The notes beneath the pieces were generated by a model, which saw nothing but the letters and a program-made list of their open reading frames with translations, made no database searches and was not told where the DNA came from. A stretch of DNA of 64,000 nucleotides. Source: a phage. The stretch lies in the NCBI GenBank assembly GCA_024572335.1, contig GCA_024572335.1_3052.1. One strand, given 5' to 3'. Positions 18,886 through 28,835 of this stretch are shown one piece after another (the stretch's first letter is position 1; every line of letters starts with the position of its first letter). Made by a program: the position numbers and the translations under genes.

Positions 18886-19622
18886 TTCCACTCACCTTTA
18901 TAGTCTTTTTTCACAATATGAGTTTCGCCAGTATTCCACCAATGATCAACCAAGTAAAAATGACGAGAATATACATGAAGACTTCCGACATTCCATATAA
19001 TAGAACCTGCTTTATACTGACGAGTTGAATCGCCGGCATTCAAATCAGATACTAATTTATCTAATACGTATTTTTGCCATGCATAATCATTACGGAATCC
19101 GAAGACCACGTCATTTGAGCGCATGCTTACTACTGCATTGACTTTCTTATCACGAATCAGGTACTGTACTGTATTAGTACACATGAAATCTGACATACCA
19201 TCTTTATTGTAGTCAAATTGCATGGATGGACGAGTATAAATCATAATACCACGTCGAGAATCAGGGTTTTGACCAAGTTCAGCTAAACACATATCATACT
19301 GGGCGTAGTTATCTTCTGACCAAATAGCCCAACCGTAATTCGAATTAATTTCGCCTTTAGAAGATGCGACCTGCTGCCAAATCTTTGGTGTTTCACCTGG
19401 AATATCTTTAACAAACAAGCTCTTAGATTTATACCATTCAAGTTCACGCTGAATGTATTCATCATTAAGAGCGCCAAAAATAAACGGTTCATCTGCTACA
19501 AATGATGTGCCAATAATTTCAATAGTTTTAACACCAGTTTTATCAACTACGAAATCTTTTTCTTTTAATGCAAGCCCCAAATGAAGACGGATTTCTTCAA
19601 CTGTCATAGAGTCACTAATCAT
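18882..19622 (-). CDS. 42: dCMP hydroxymethylase gp42
   Basis: 246 aa, size and position as T4 gp42; thymidylate-synthase-like fold. Confidence 0.85.
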   Translation of the reverse strand: MISDSMTVEEIRLHLGLALKEKDFVVDKTGVKTIEIIGTSFVADEPFIFGALNDEYIQRELEWYKSKSLFVKDIPGETPKIWQQVASSKGEINSNYGWAIWSEDNYAQYDMCLAELGQNPDSRRGIMIYTRPSMQFDYNKDGMSDFMCTNTVQYLIRDKKVNAVVSMRSNDVVFGFRNDYAWQKYVLDKLVSDLNAGDSTRQYKAGSIIWNVGSLHVYSRHFYLVDHWWNTGETHIVKKDYKGEWK

Positions 19623-19775
19623 TTAAACCTCAATTGATACATTCATATTTAACTTGTAACAGTAATAAACCCCAACCTAAAATAATAGTTGGAATCATAA
19701 GAGGAACCGTTACACTATAGTATATACTTATTATAATCATCAAGATTAAAAGCAACACTGCTATAATTTTGCTTT

Positions 19776-20027
19776 TCATTCCTTCTCTCTGATGATAATT
19801 ACCTGATTTGGTTGTGCAGACTTTTTAGTTTCACCCGCAATTGACCAAATAAATGTAATAAACCAACCAATAATTGACCAGTTAAACAGTAAAGATGTGA
19901 AAAAGATTCCTACTGTCGATTTTGACCCACGCATCAAGGCAATGAACCATGGAAGCATGTATATAATAATAGCCAACACACCTGAAACTAAAACCATAAA
20001 AATTGAACCTGCTACTAAAGTTTCCAT
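19776..20027 (-). CDS. imm: Immunity protein Imm (membrane)
   Basis: 83 aa, two predicted TM helices; size and position as T4 imm. Confidence 0.6.
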   Translation of the reverse strand: METLVAGSIFMVLVSGVLAIIIYMLPWFIALMRGSKSTVGIFFTSLLFNWSIIGWFITFIWSIAGETKKSAQPNQVIIIREKE

Positions 20028-20034
20028 GTTTTCC

Positions 20035-20415
20035 TCACTTAGTCAAATTTTTTACACATGAATTATAAGAATTCACTACATACTCCATCGGAGCATTTTT
20101 ACCAGTACGCCATTGGTAATTATTAGCCCAATTAGCCCAAAGCTCGGCGCAGTAGTTTTCAATTTTTTCTTCGCGTGTAATTACATCAGAATTACGATAT
20201 GCTTGAGCAGATTCATCTGGACGAATAGCTTCGTCAAAATTCGCCTGCATTTGTTCGACTGTTTGATTTGGAGCTTCTTTATAACACTTGACATTAGGAT
20301 TATAAAATTTGCTTGAACAGTTTACAATTTTTCCTACATCAGACTGATTTACTACCGGTCCTTGAGCCACACAACCAGTAAGACCTAATGCAATAACCAA
20401 AATAGCGATTTTCAT
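20035..20415 (-). CDS. Lipoprotein (imm.1 position)
   Basis: Track has TTG start; ATG at 20415; lipobox LTGC after signal peptide MKIAILVIALG; SD GGAGA. Confidence 0.55.
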   Translation of the reverse strand: MKIAILVIALGLTGCVAQGPVVNQSDVGKIVNCSSKFYNPNVKCYKEAPNQTVEQMQANFDEAIRPDESAQAYRNSDVITREEKIENYCAELWANWANNYQWRTGKNAPMEYVVNSYNSCVKNLTK

Positions 20416-20450
20416 TTCATTCTCCAAATCCGTATCAGTAGTTGATATTG

Positions 20451-20483
20451 ATATAGTACCATGGAAGAACAGTCTTGTAAACA
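20451..20483 (-). promoter_or_regulatory. Early promoter of a repeated promoter-leader cassette
   Basis: A/T-rich UP-like run, GTTTAC, GGTACTATAT -10, then conserved leader with SD GGAGA. Confidence 0.55.
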
Positions 20484-20570
20484 GTTTTGTGAAAAAATTT
20501 TTAATGAATTCTAAAGGTCCAGAATCATCTGTTTTTCATAAGTATAGATTTATATTACTTGTATGAAAAA

Positions 20571-20586
20571 GGGACCCGGAGGTCCC
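20571..20586 (-). terminator. Intrinsic terminator after gene 43
   Basis: GGGACC-UCCG-GGUCCC hairpin followed by U5 on the minus transcript. Confidence 0.75.
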
Positions 20587-20599
20587 TAGATTTATTCTA

Positions 20600-23296
20600 T
20601 CAGCCAAACAGGAAGTCTAACGAAGCTTTTTCTTCATAGTCCATACCAGCCGATTCACACATGCCTGCAAGCGGTTTAACAAACGATTTTTGGAACAAAG
20701 TTGAGTAGTCAATCCAAGACAGTACGTCAGAACGAATTTCTTTTGGAAGTTCTGTACCCGACGGCCAAGCAATGCATTTGTCACCAAATGGATTTCCTTC
20801 ACGCAATGGAAGAACCATTACTTTATTTCCATCCAAAATTGGAGCTACACCTAAACCGCTAACAGCTCGACGATAAGTTAGCACACCACGAATATGGAAC
20901 GGGCATTTAAATCCTGGCCAACCTTTATCATCATATTTCGCTATATCGTTCGCAGTTTTTACTTCAGCAATAACTTTATAGTCAAGTTGACGATATTCTT
21001 TCTCGAAGTTCTTGTAATATTCTTGGACAGACTCTTCACCTTCCTGAAGAATACGACGAATACTTTCTTCGAGAGCTTCTTGAACCGCTTTAGGCGTTGA
21101 ACTCTGCTGAGTTTCCATACCCATGATTTTTAGATGTGGTTCAGCAAAACGCTTATCTTCCATATCATATACGTTCAGAGCATAACGCTTTTTCGCTTTC
21201 CAAAATCCACCAACGCCCTTTGAACCAAGTGGAGGGCAAGAAATAGCTTCACGGTCCATATGCATCAGATGCTCGCGGTTATTCATATAATCACATAACT
21301 CACGATATGCAGCATCAATCATAGGTTCCATCTTTTTCTTACCGAACTGATTCATGAATTCAACTAAATCGTTCTGCTCTTTGAATCGGTCAAGACCAAC
21401 TTTTTCAATAACTTTATCTACACAAACATATACCGAATCAGTATCACCTGCTGCAATGAAATCTTCGCCATTAGTTCCGCATACTTTATTCAGATATTCA
21501 TTAATTTTACGAGCAATCCACTGAATACCAACTTGGCCGAAAATTGTGATAGCAGTAGCATTTCGCAAATCATAGTAACGGAAATGAATATTACCAAGAG
21601 CACCATAAAGACTGTTAATAAGAATTTTACGGTTCAGCTGATTTGTATTAGCAAGTGTAGCCGCTTTTTCACATTCTTCAATCAAACTATTGAGAACAGA
21701 TTCAGTATAATTCGATAGTTCATTTAAGAAATCATCACTGAACTTAACATATCGTTCAACTTCAGGTTTAGTTGAACAAGACCCTGCGCCTTTCATAATA
21801 ATCTTTTTAATAGCTTCGGCATTCATTTCTTCAGCGAACATTTTCTTTTTCCAATCTTTACGCTGGAAAAATACTTTAGCGATTTCCTTTGGAATGATAC
21901 CTTCTTGATGCTTATCGTACATCCATCCATTCGGAGAACAAGAATATTCATCACTCGGTTTAGGAGCTGTTCCTGCGATATATTCATGAATTGGATGAAC
22001 TTTAAACTGACCACGAATAGTCTCAGGACTAATGTTAACCTGACGAATAATGCTCGGATACAGAGACGTCAAGTCAAAACTCATAATATATCGACGAGCA
22101 ATTGGTTTAGGTTCAAACACAAATGCACCCGGAAAACTCTGTTTAACATGCGAACCTTGTTGAGGAATAACCTTATGTTCACCTTTCAATGAGTTAAAAA
22201 TAATAGCATCCCAGGTTTTAATAGGACTCATTACACCAGAAAAAGGCATTTTAGCGTAATAAGACATACTTAAAACTAGATCGATAAACCCGCGAATTTT
22301 ATCAATTGCTTGAACTGATTCTACGTCAATGATGTTATAACTAATGTATCGTTGATGATTAGTCTCACGAAGTTTATTAATAGGACCGTCGTATGGTAAT
22401 TTACCTTTTTTGGTTTCATGCTGAGCAACTGATTCCAAAGAGAATGACGGCAAATTAGTAAATGCGAATTTCTTATACAAATCTAAATAATCAAGAATAG
22501 ATACGCCATCAATAGAATAAATTTCTTTGCTACCGTACATATTTTGAATAAGTTTAGATTTTACTCGACCGATTGGAGAGAAGCGTTTCATACTACGTTC
22601 ACCGAGAACCATTTTAACACGATTCATGATATACGGAACGTCAAATCCCTCAATATTCCAACCAGTAAAAATAGCAGGTCGTTTCTGTTCCCAAAGATTG
22701 ATATATTCCATGAGCATATCACGCTCGTTATCGAATGGCATATAAATTACTCGGTCAAGAATTTCTTGAGGAACTTCATCACCACCTTCACAGTCAAGCT
22801 TAGCAGCTAACTTTGCATCCCATTTTGATACTGAACCATACATTGAATTCAAAAGGTCGAAAACATAAAAACGATCATCAATTGAATCGTAATGAGTGAT
22901 AGCATCAATTTCATATTCAGCTTTCATTGGGTCAGGAAATTTATCACCAGTAACCTCAATGTCACAGTTAGCTACACGAACAAATTTTCGGTCATAAACA
23001 ATTTCTGAACCATACGTATCACTGATATAAGCGAGTTTAAAATCGTTCATACCGAGAGCTTCGAAACCGATGTCTTCCATTCGTTTCATCCAATCTCGAG
23101 CATCTTTCATTGATGGAAATTTTTGAGGAGCGCAGTTTTTACCATAGATGTCTTTGTACTTTGACTCTTCCTTACAATGCCTAAACATAGTCGGAAGATA
23201 TTCTACTTCACGAGTACGTTCCTTTCCGTTTTCATCAATATAACGTTCAACAATGTTATTTCCGACTGTTTCGATAGAGATATAAAATTCTTTCAT
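20600..23296 (-). CDS. 43: DNA polymerase gp43 (family B)
   Basis: 898 aa; PolB motif DTDS (AAGDTDSVYV), exonuclease motifs; matches T4 gp43 length. Confidence 0.95.
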   Translation of the reverse strand: MKEFYISIETVGNNIVERYIDENGKERTREVEYLPTMFRHCKEESKYKDIYGKNCAPQKFPSMKDARDWMKRMEDIGFEALGMNDFKLAYISDTYGSEIVYDRKFVRVANCDIEVTGDKFPDPMKAEYEIDAITHYDSIDDRFYVFDLLNSMYGSVSKWDAKLAAKLDCEGGDEVPQEILDRVIYMPFDNERDMLMEYINLWEQKRPAIFTGWNIEGFDVPYIMNRVKMVLGERSMKRFSPIGRVKSKLIQNMYGSKEIYSIDGVSILDYLDLYKKFAFTNLPSFSLESVAQHETKKGKLPYDGPINKLRETNHQRYISYNIIDVESVQAIDKIRGFIDLVLSMSYYAKMPFSGVMSPIKTWDAIIFNSLKGEHKVIPQQGSHVKQSFPGAFVFEPKPIARRYIMSFDLTSLYPSIIRQVNISPETIRGQFKVHPIHEYIAGTAPKPSDEYSCSPNGWMYDKHQEGIIPKEIAKVFFQRKDWKKKMFAEEMNAEAIKKIIMKGAGSCSTKPEVERYVKFSDDFLNELSNYTESVLNSLIEECEKAATLANTNQLNRKILINSLYGALGNIHFRYYDLRNATAITIFGQVGIQWIARKINEYLNKVCGTNGEDFIAAGDTDSVYVCVDKVIEKVGLDRFKEQNDLVEFMNQFGKKKMEPMIDAAYRELCDYMNNREHLMHMDREAISCPPLGSKGVGGFWKAKKRYALNVYDMEDKRFAEPHLKIMGMETQQSSTPKAVQEALEESIRRILQEGEESVQEYYKNFEKEYRQLDYKVIAEVKTANDIAKYDDKGWPGFKCPFHIRGVLTYRRAVSGLGVAPILDGNKVMVLPLREGNPFGDKCIAWPSGTELPKEIRSDVLSWIDYSTLFQKSFVKPLAGMCESAGMDYEEKASLDFLFG

Positions 23297-23356
23297 AGAT
23301 ATTCCTTAGTTTATAGCCCGAGTTATTAGGCTCTTGATATATTATACTCCAAATAA

Positions 23357-23370
23357 GGGGCCGAAGCCCC
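23357..23370 (-). terminator. Terminator-like hairpin between regA and gene 43
   Basis: GGGGC-UUCG-GCCCC tetraloop hairpin then UUAUUUGG. Confidence 0.6.
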
Positions 23371-23374
23371 TTGC

Positions 23375-23743
23375 TTAATTACCAATCGTATATTTAGGAA
23401 CGAGTTTCCATTCATGTTTTTGTTTAAAAGAAATAACTCGGAAGTTATTAGTTAAATCTTTCATAAAAGTTCTTTGACCAGGGACGATTTCAATCAGTCC
23501 CCAATCTTCTAACAGCCATGCAATCGAATCACGACGAACTTCATCTTCTTCTGTCATTTCAACTTGACGGCCATCCATACGAAGCATTTCTTTAAAATGA
23601 ACGATATAGTATAGTCCTTTTTTCTGAAGAATATGACAGGACTGATACAGAACTTTATCTTTATTATTAGCAATTCCCATACGAGTCAAAGTTTCTTTTA
23701 CTTTCAGAAAATCTTCAGGTTTTTTAAGAGTAATTTCAATCAT
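23375..23743 (-). CDS. regA: Translational repressor RegA
   Basis: 122 aa between genes 43 and 62, as in T4. Confidence 0.8.
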   Translation of the reverse strand: MIEITLKKPEDFLKVKETLTRMGIANNKDKVLYQSCHILQKKGLYYIVHFKEMLRMDGRQVEMTEEDEVRRDSIAWLLEDWGLIEIVPGQRTFMKDLTNNFRVISFKQKHEWKLVPKYTIGN

Positions 23744-23744
23744 T

Positions 23745-24308
23745 TTACCATTCCAATGCTAGTTTTTTGAGTTGTTTCTGTTCTTTTACGTTCTTAGTCA
23801 CTTCTTTCAAAAAATCATCCGTGACTAATCCTTTAAGTTCTTTTAATACTAAAGGTAGTTTTCCATTTTTAGTAAGAATTGATTTATAGTTAATTGCATC
23901 ATTTGTATTAACTTGATACCGCTTAGCAAGTAACTTAATAATCAATACTTCGGTGGAATCTTCAACTAGTTTTGCCCATTTACCATATCTTTTACCACGA
24001 GGAACTGCAGCCATTAGATAATTAAAATGAGCTTCATCACTTAAACCTGATCCAATTAAATTCATAGCATATACAGCTGGCATGCACTCTGGAAATTGTG
24101 ATAATGCATTTTCAACCATGAATTTTGAATAATCTTTTTGAGCAATAGAGCATTTAGTTTTATTATTAATAGCTCCAATTATTTCAAAAAATTCATTTTC
24201 AGCTTTTTCTTTAAAAGAATCAGCAGCGGATTGGACAGCTGTCCAATCTTTTGAATACCAAGCAACTTGATGCTCGTTTAATTGAATATCATCTTCAAAT
24301 AAGCTCAT
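23745..24308 (-). CDS. 62: Clamp loader small subunit gp62
   Basis: Track has GTG start; ATG at 24308 gives 187 aa as T4 gp62. Confidence 0.8.
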   Translation of the reverse strand: MSLFEDDIQLNEHQVAWYSKDWTAVQSAADSFKEKAENEFFEIIGAINNKTKCSIAQKDYSKFMVENALSQFPECMPAVYAMNLIGSGLSDEAHFNYLMAAVPRGKRYGKWAKLVEDSTEVLIIKLLAKRYQVNTNDAINYKSILTKNGKLPLVLKELKGLVTDDFLKEVTKNVKEQKQLKKLALEW

Positions 24309-24309
24309 A

Positions 24310-25269
24310 TCACTTCCACTGCATTTCACATGCTAACTGAATGAAAAGATAAGCTAAATGCAATTCAGTATTAGCTGCAATACCATGATACTGATTATTT
24401 TCGCCGACAATTTCGTACATACGAATAATACTCTGTGGAGTTACACGTGAATAGATTTCTTCGGCAAGTTTACCCACGAACCACGAATAATCGGCTGCAT
24501 ATTTTGGTGCTAAAGCTCTGAGTTGTTTAACATCTTTATTTTTGAGAGACTCAAGAACATCATCAATAGCACCACGATCGTTAGTAACCAGTGATAAAAT
24601 ACCAGCATCCAAAACACCTTTAGATGAATAACTATCGAGCTCGCCAATAGTTTTACGAAAATCAGGAAAATTCTTTTTAACCAAAGCTGCTACAACTTTC
24701 ATATCAGCTATAGCAATTCCTTCATGCTTGCAGATTTCAGTCAATCGACGAATCATCTGCTTCATCATTTCAATTTTATCTTCATCGGTCGGTTGACCGA
24801 ACGTAATAACTCGGCAGCGTGACTGAAGCGGTTTAATAATACCATCAATATTGTTAGCAGTAATAATAATACTACAGTTTGAACTATAAGCTTCCATAAA
24901 GGAACGAAGATGTCGCTGAGACTCTGCTAATCCTGAGCGGTCAAATTCATCAATAACGATTACTTTTTGACGACCATCAAATGAAGCTGCACTGGCAAAA
25001 TTAGTCAAAGGACCACGAACGAAATCAATTTTACAATCTGATCCATTCACAAACATCATATCAGCATTTACATCATGACACAGTGCTTTTGCTACAGTTG
25101 TTTTACCTGTTCCTGGAGAAGGAGAATGAAGAATAATATGTGGAATCTTACCTTTACTTGTAATAGATTTAAAGGTTTCTTTATCAAAGGCGGGAAGAAT
25201 ACATTCATCGATAGTAGATGGACGATATTTCTGTTCAAGAATGTGTTCTTTTTCATTTACGGTAATCAT
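24310..25269 (-). CDS. 44: Clamp loader large subunit gp44 (AAA+)
   Basis: Track has TTG start; ATG at 25269 gives 319 aa; Walker A GTGKTT, Walker B DEFD, SRC motif. Confidence 0.9.
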
Positions 25270-25304
25270 AATTTCCTCATTCAAGTTTTAGTGTAAATTA
25301 TAAA

Positions 25305-25316
25305 GGGCCGAAGCCC
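25305..25316 (-). terminator. Terminator-like hairpin between genes 45 and 44
   Basis: GGGC-UUCG-GCCC then UUUAUAAUUU on minus transcript. Confidence 0.6.
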
Positions 25317-25320
25317 TCTA

Positions 25321-26007
25321 TTAAAAATCGTGGGTAGAATCAGCTTCAAGAGCTACTACATAATTCGCGTGTTCACCTTCAAATTTAGCAGCACCTTGTT
25401 TACCTTTTGCCCAGAGCAGAAGTTTATAATTTCCTGGTTGCATTTTCATATTTGCCATATTGATAATGAAATTAAATGTATTTTCACCATCATAATCACC
25501 AAGAGTCAAAGAATATTTAACACGGGTCAGAGCAGAATCTTCTACTTTATTAAAACCGTTAATTACGATTTTACCCTCTTTTACCGTGATAGCAATTGTA
25601 TCAATCTGCAGACCACGAGATACACGCAACAGTTGTTGAAGGTCTTCAGCTTTAATTTCAGTAACAACAGATGCTACCGGGAATGGAATTGGTTTATTAG
25701 GAGCAACTACTGTACTCGGATCGGCTGCTGGCCAAAAAATTGTTGAGCGGGCATCAGCAATTTTAATATTTCCATCTTCTGACTGGGAAATTTCTGCATC
25801 ATCATTAACTAAAGACAGAATACCGAGAAAACCGTTCAAATCGTAAATTGCTACATCAAAATCAATAACGTCAGAAATATTTGCTTCCGCATAAGTTGTA
25901 CCATTAACTGCGCGAGTCATAATAAATTGACCGGATTTAAGCATAATACCAGAGTTAATAGTAGCGAAATTTTTAAGCAGAGCAGTAGTATCTTTAGACA
26001 GTTTCAT
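25321..26007 (-). CDS. 45: Sliding clamp gp45
   Basis: 228 aa, position between 44 and rpbA; middle promoter upstream. Confidence 0.85.
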   Translation of the reverse strand: MKLSKDTTALLKNFATINSGIMLKSGQFIMTRAVNGTTYAEANISDVIDFDVAIYDLNGFLGILSLVNDDAEISQSEDGNIKIADARSTIFWPAADPSTVVAPNKPIPFPVASVVTEIKAEDLQQLLRVSRGLQIDTIAITVKEGKIVINGFNKVEDSALTRVKYSLTLGDYDGENTFNFIINMANMKMQPGNYKLLLWAKGKQGAAKFEGEHANYVVALEADSTHDF

Positions 26008-26038
26008 GTAATTTCCTTCAATTCAAATGAGATTTAAT

Positions 26039-26062
26039 TTTATAACTAATTTAATAAAGCAA
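26039..26062 (-). promoter_or_regulatory. Middle (MotA-dependent) promoter candidate upstream of gene 45
   Basis: MotA-box-like TTGCTTTA about 10-12 nt upstream of TATAAA on minus strand. Confidence 0.45.
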
Positions 26063-26452
26063 TTAACGATTAAAATCAGCCGCAATTGTTTCCGCAACAA
26101 TTTGAGCAGCAACAATTAGACGTTCATCTGCATTACCGCAATAATCATCTTCAAGGCGTTCACCACATGAAGTCATAATAAATTTAGCACCAGCATTTAA
26201 AGATTCTGTCGTATGTTTGCGCATCAGTTCAATCCATTTATTACTTACTTCACGATCGATAGCTTCATAATACGCATGACGAGCAGGTGCAGATTTAATT
26301 TTGTTCTGAATAACTTCCATTGCGTTATCAGAAAGAGACAAAACCCATGCTCGACGAATTTTATTTTGGTTTTGTGGATTTGATTCAGAACGCACGTGTT
26401 TTGGCTGAATATCTTTTACATCAACAGTATAATTCACAGTAATTTTAGTCAT
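26063..26452 (-). CDS. rpbA: RNA polymerase binding protein RpbA
   Basis: 129 aa, position between 45 and 46 as in T4. Confidence 0.7.
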
Positions 26453-26461
26453 AATACACCT

Positions 26462-26650
26462 TTAGTCATAATAATCAGTAACAGTCCAAGCTTCATTTCT
26501 ATTGGACATTATTTTTGTATATTCTGCTTTAAATGCATTCCTAAGCATAGATTCAGTAACTATATGCTCTTCATTAGAAAAATTATTTCTCAGAATATAT
26601 CGTTTTATTTCAGGAATAGTTAATAGATGCTGTCCAGTTGAATATTCCAT
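26462..26650 (-). CDS. Hypothetical small protein
   Basis: 62 aa ATG ORF. Confidence 0.4.
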   Translation of the reverse strand: MEYSTGQHLLTIPEIKRYILRNNFSNEEHIVTESMLRNAFKAEYTKIMSNRNEAWTVTDYYD

Positions 26651-26705
26651 GTTTTTCCTCCATAGAGATTATACTCTAATAAATTAAAGCATAATCTCTT
26701 ATAAA

Positions 26706-28388
26706 TTAAACCATTACAGTAAATCGACCAACTTTCTTCATTTGAAGATGCTGACCATATGCTTGTGGGTCATGGTCTCTATGTGAAATAACAAAAACAT
26801 TAGTATTTTTTAAACTATCTAAAATAGTTGAAATAGCTTTTACACCTTCAACGTCGGTCGCTGAATCAAAAACTTCATCAAGAATTAGTGTGTTTATTTT
26901 AACACCTGAAACTTTTTCAGCAATATCACGCCAAGTAAATAAAAGAGCAATATCAATTCGCGCTTTTTCACCTTGACTGAATGAAGCATAACTAAAATCT
27001 TCACGACCACGGGATTTAATTGTCTCATTAAATTCTTCATCTAATGTAAACACATAATCCGCTTCCATTATTTTAAGATAATGGTTAATCTGCTTATTAA
27101 ATAATGGAATGTACTTTTTAATAATAGCACCTTTAATACCAGAATCTTTGAGCATATCAGTCAAAATTCCTCGGTGGTATTTTTCCATTACTAAATTAGT
27201 TTTTGTCTTAACAATTTTATCAAGTTCTTCTTGAAGCAGTGCTATTTCATCAGCATGGTCAATAAACTCAGAAGATGCTTTTTCTATAGCTGCTTTAACT
27301 TTTTTAGCTTTATCTACCGTCGTGATTAGAGATTGCTTTTTATTGCGAATATCATTTGCCAACGACTGCTGTGTTTTAATATTATCTCGGTATTCATCAA
27401 CAAGAACTTTTAAATTATCACGATGTGTTGAAAGCTGTTCAAACGAATGCGTACATTCAGAAACTTTATCTTTAATTTTAGAAACAACTTTATCACCGGA
27501 ACTTAATTGTGACAAGCAGGTTGGACATAATCCACCTTCGTGATACATATTAATGACTTTATTATACGAGTCAATTTTTGATTTAATTAAAACTGCTTCT
27601 TGACCGATTTTATTAAATGCATCAGTCGGGTCTTCGTCTAAAACAATATTAACTAATCTTTCATTAGCTTCTTCTATTTCTGATTTTAGCGTTCTAGCTT
27701 CTTTTGCCAAATCATCATACATATTTTGTAGACGAGTAAGGTTGTCACCCGTTAATTTTTTATGGCGTTCAACGTTATCATTATATATTTTAATTTGTTG
27801 GATAATACTATCTTTTTTAACATCAAGCACTTGGTTCTGCGAATTTAATTCGCGTATTAGTGCTTTATTAAGCTTATCCATTTCAGCTAATGTTCCTACC
27901 TCAAGCAGGTCTTCCACAAGCTTTCTTCGTGCAGGGGTCGACAAACCCATGAAAGGGGTATACCCTGCTGTACCAAGGACAACAATCTGCTTGAAACTGG
28001 CATATGACATTCCAATAAGCTGTTCAAATTCTGCTTGGAAATCTTTACTGCTGGCAGATTCATTAAGACGTGTACCGTTAACGGTGATTTCGAAAACGTT
28101 CGGTTTTTGTCCTCTTTTGATATAGTACTTTTTCTCATCATATTCCATCCACAGTTCAACTAAAAGTTCTTTCTTATTTGTACTGTTTATTAATTGACCT
28201 TTCTTTACATCACGAAATGGCTTGCCAAAAAGCCCAAATGTGATGGCTTCTAACATAGTAGACTTACCACCGCCATTTCGTCCAGTAATAAGAGTTTTTT
28301 GAACCTTATCTAATTGAATGTCAATAGGATTTCCACCTACTGACATTATATTTTGATACCTAACTCGGTTTAGTTTAAAATTCTTCAC
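26706..28388 (-). CDS. 46: Recombination nuclease subunit gp46 (Rad50/SbcC-like)
   Basis: 560 aa; Walker A GRNGGGKST, coiled coil with CPTC zinc hook, signature FSQGEKA; GTG start. Confidence 0.9.
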   Translation of the reverse strand: MKNFKLNRVRYQNIMSVGGNPIDIQLDKVQKTLITGRNGGGKSTMLEAITFGLFGKPFRDVKKGQLINSTNKKELLVELWMEYDEKKYYIKRGQKPNVFEITVNGTRLNESASSKDFQAEFEQLIGMSYASFKQIVVLGTAGYTPFMGLSTPARRKLVEDLLEVGTLAEMDKLNKALIRELNSQNQVLDVKKDSIIQQIKIYNDNVERHKKLTGDNLTRLQNMYDDLAKEARTLKSEIEEANERLVNIVLDEDPTDAFNKIGQEAVLIKSKIDSYNKVINMYHEGGLCPTCLSQLSSGDKVVSKIKDKVSECTHSFEQLSTHRDNLKVLVDEYRDNIKTQQSLANDIRNKKQSLITTVDKAKKVKAAIEKASSEFIDHADEIALLQEELDKIVKTKTNLVMEKYHRGILTDMLKDSGIKGAIIKKYIPLFNKQINHYLKIMEADYVFTLDEEFNETIKSRGREDFSYASFSQGEKARIDIALLFTWRDIAEKVSGVKINTLILDEVFDSATDVEGVKAISTILDSLKNTNVFVISHRDHDPQAYGQHLQMKKVGRFTVMV

Positions 28389-28648
28389 AAAAGATTCCTT
28401 TTAATGTATCTTTTAGACCATTCTATCATATCATCATAATCTAAAAAGTATTCATCAAATTCAGCCATGCAAACAACGCCTTGTGCTGTTTTTGATGTAA
28501 TATAAATTATTCCAACATATCTAGAATCTTCTTCGGTATAATCAATATTTGCTATGAATTCATCATTAATGTCAAATGTCGAAAACTTCACAGTATGCAT
28601 CCTTAATACAAGATACAGCCATATCTTGTAATGATTTAGGTGTGTCAT
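28385..28648 (-). CDS. Hypothetical small protein (46.1 position); start uncertain
   Basis: 87 aa track ORF overlapping next ORF by 77 nt; true start probably internal. Confidence 0.35.
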   Translation of the reverse strand: MTHLNHYKIWLYLVLRMHTVKFSTFDINDEFIANIDYTEEDSRYVGIIYITSKTAQGVVCMAEFDEYFLDYDDMIEWSKRYIKRNLL

Positions 28649-28835
28649 TATCTAAAATGTTGAAGTTAAAAGATACAGCCCAGTCAGTGCAGACCGTAAC
28701 CTTTTTAATACAATTATCTTCAACCTCTAGCGGTTCAAACCAATATTCAATAATTTCTTTATGACCAATATCATCTTTTACTTCGCATTCAAAATGCTGA
28801 CTCATCATAACATTTTTAAATTCATCAAAAGTCAT
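28572..28835 (-). CDS. Hypothetical small protein (46.2 position)
   Basis: 87 aa ORF, start overlaps gene 47 stop. Confidence 0.4.
   Translation of the reverse strand: MTFDEFKNVMMSQHFECEVKDDIGHKEIIEYWFEPLEVEDNCIKKVTVCTDWAVSFNFNILDNDTPKSLQDMAVSCIKDAYCEVFDI

Noticed and set aside
19283-19492. Minus-strand ORFs nested in other frames of large genes (19283..19492, 20617..20802, 21823..22014, 27896..28159, 29988..30209, 55992..56207, 56661..56843)
   Set aside because: They overlap genes 42, 43, 46, agt and others out of frame, with no independent start signals.
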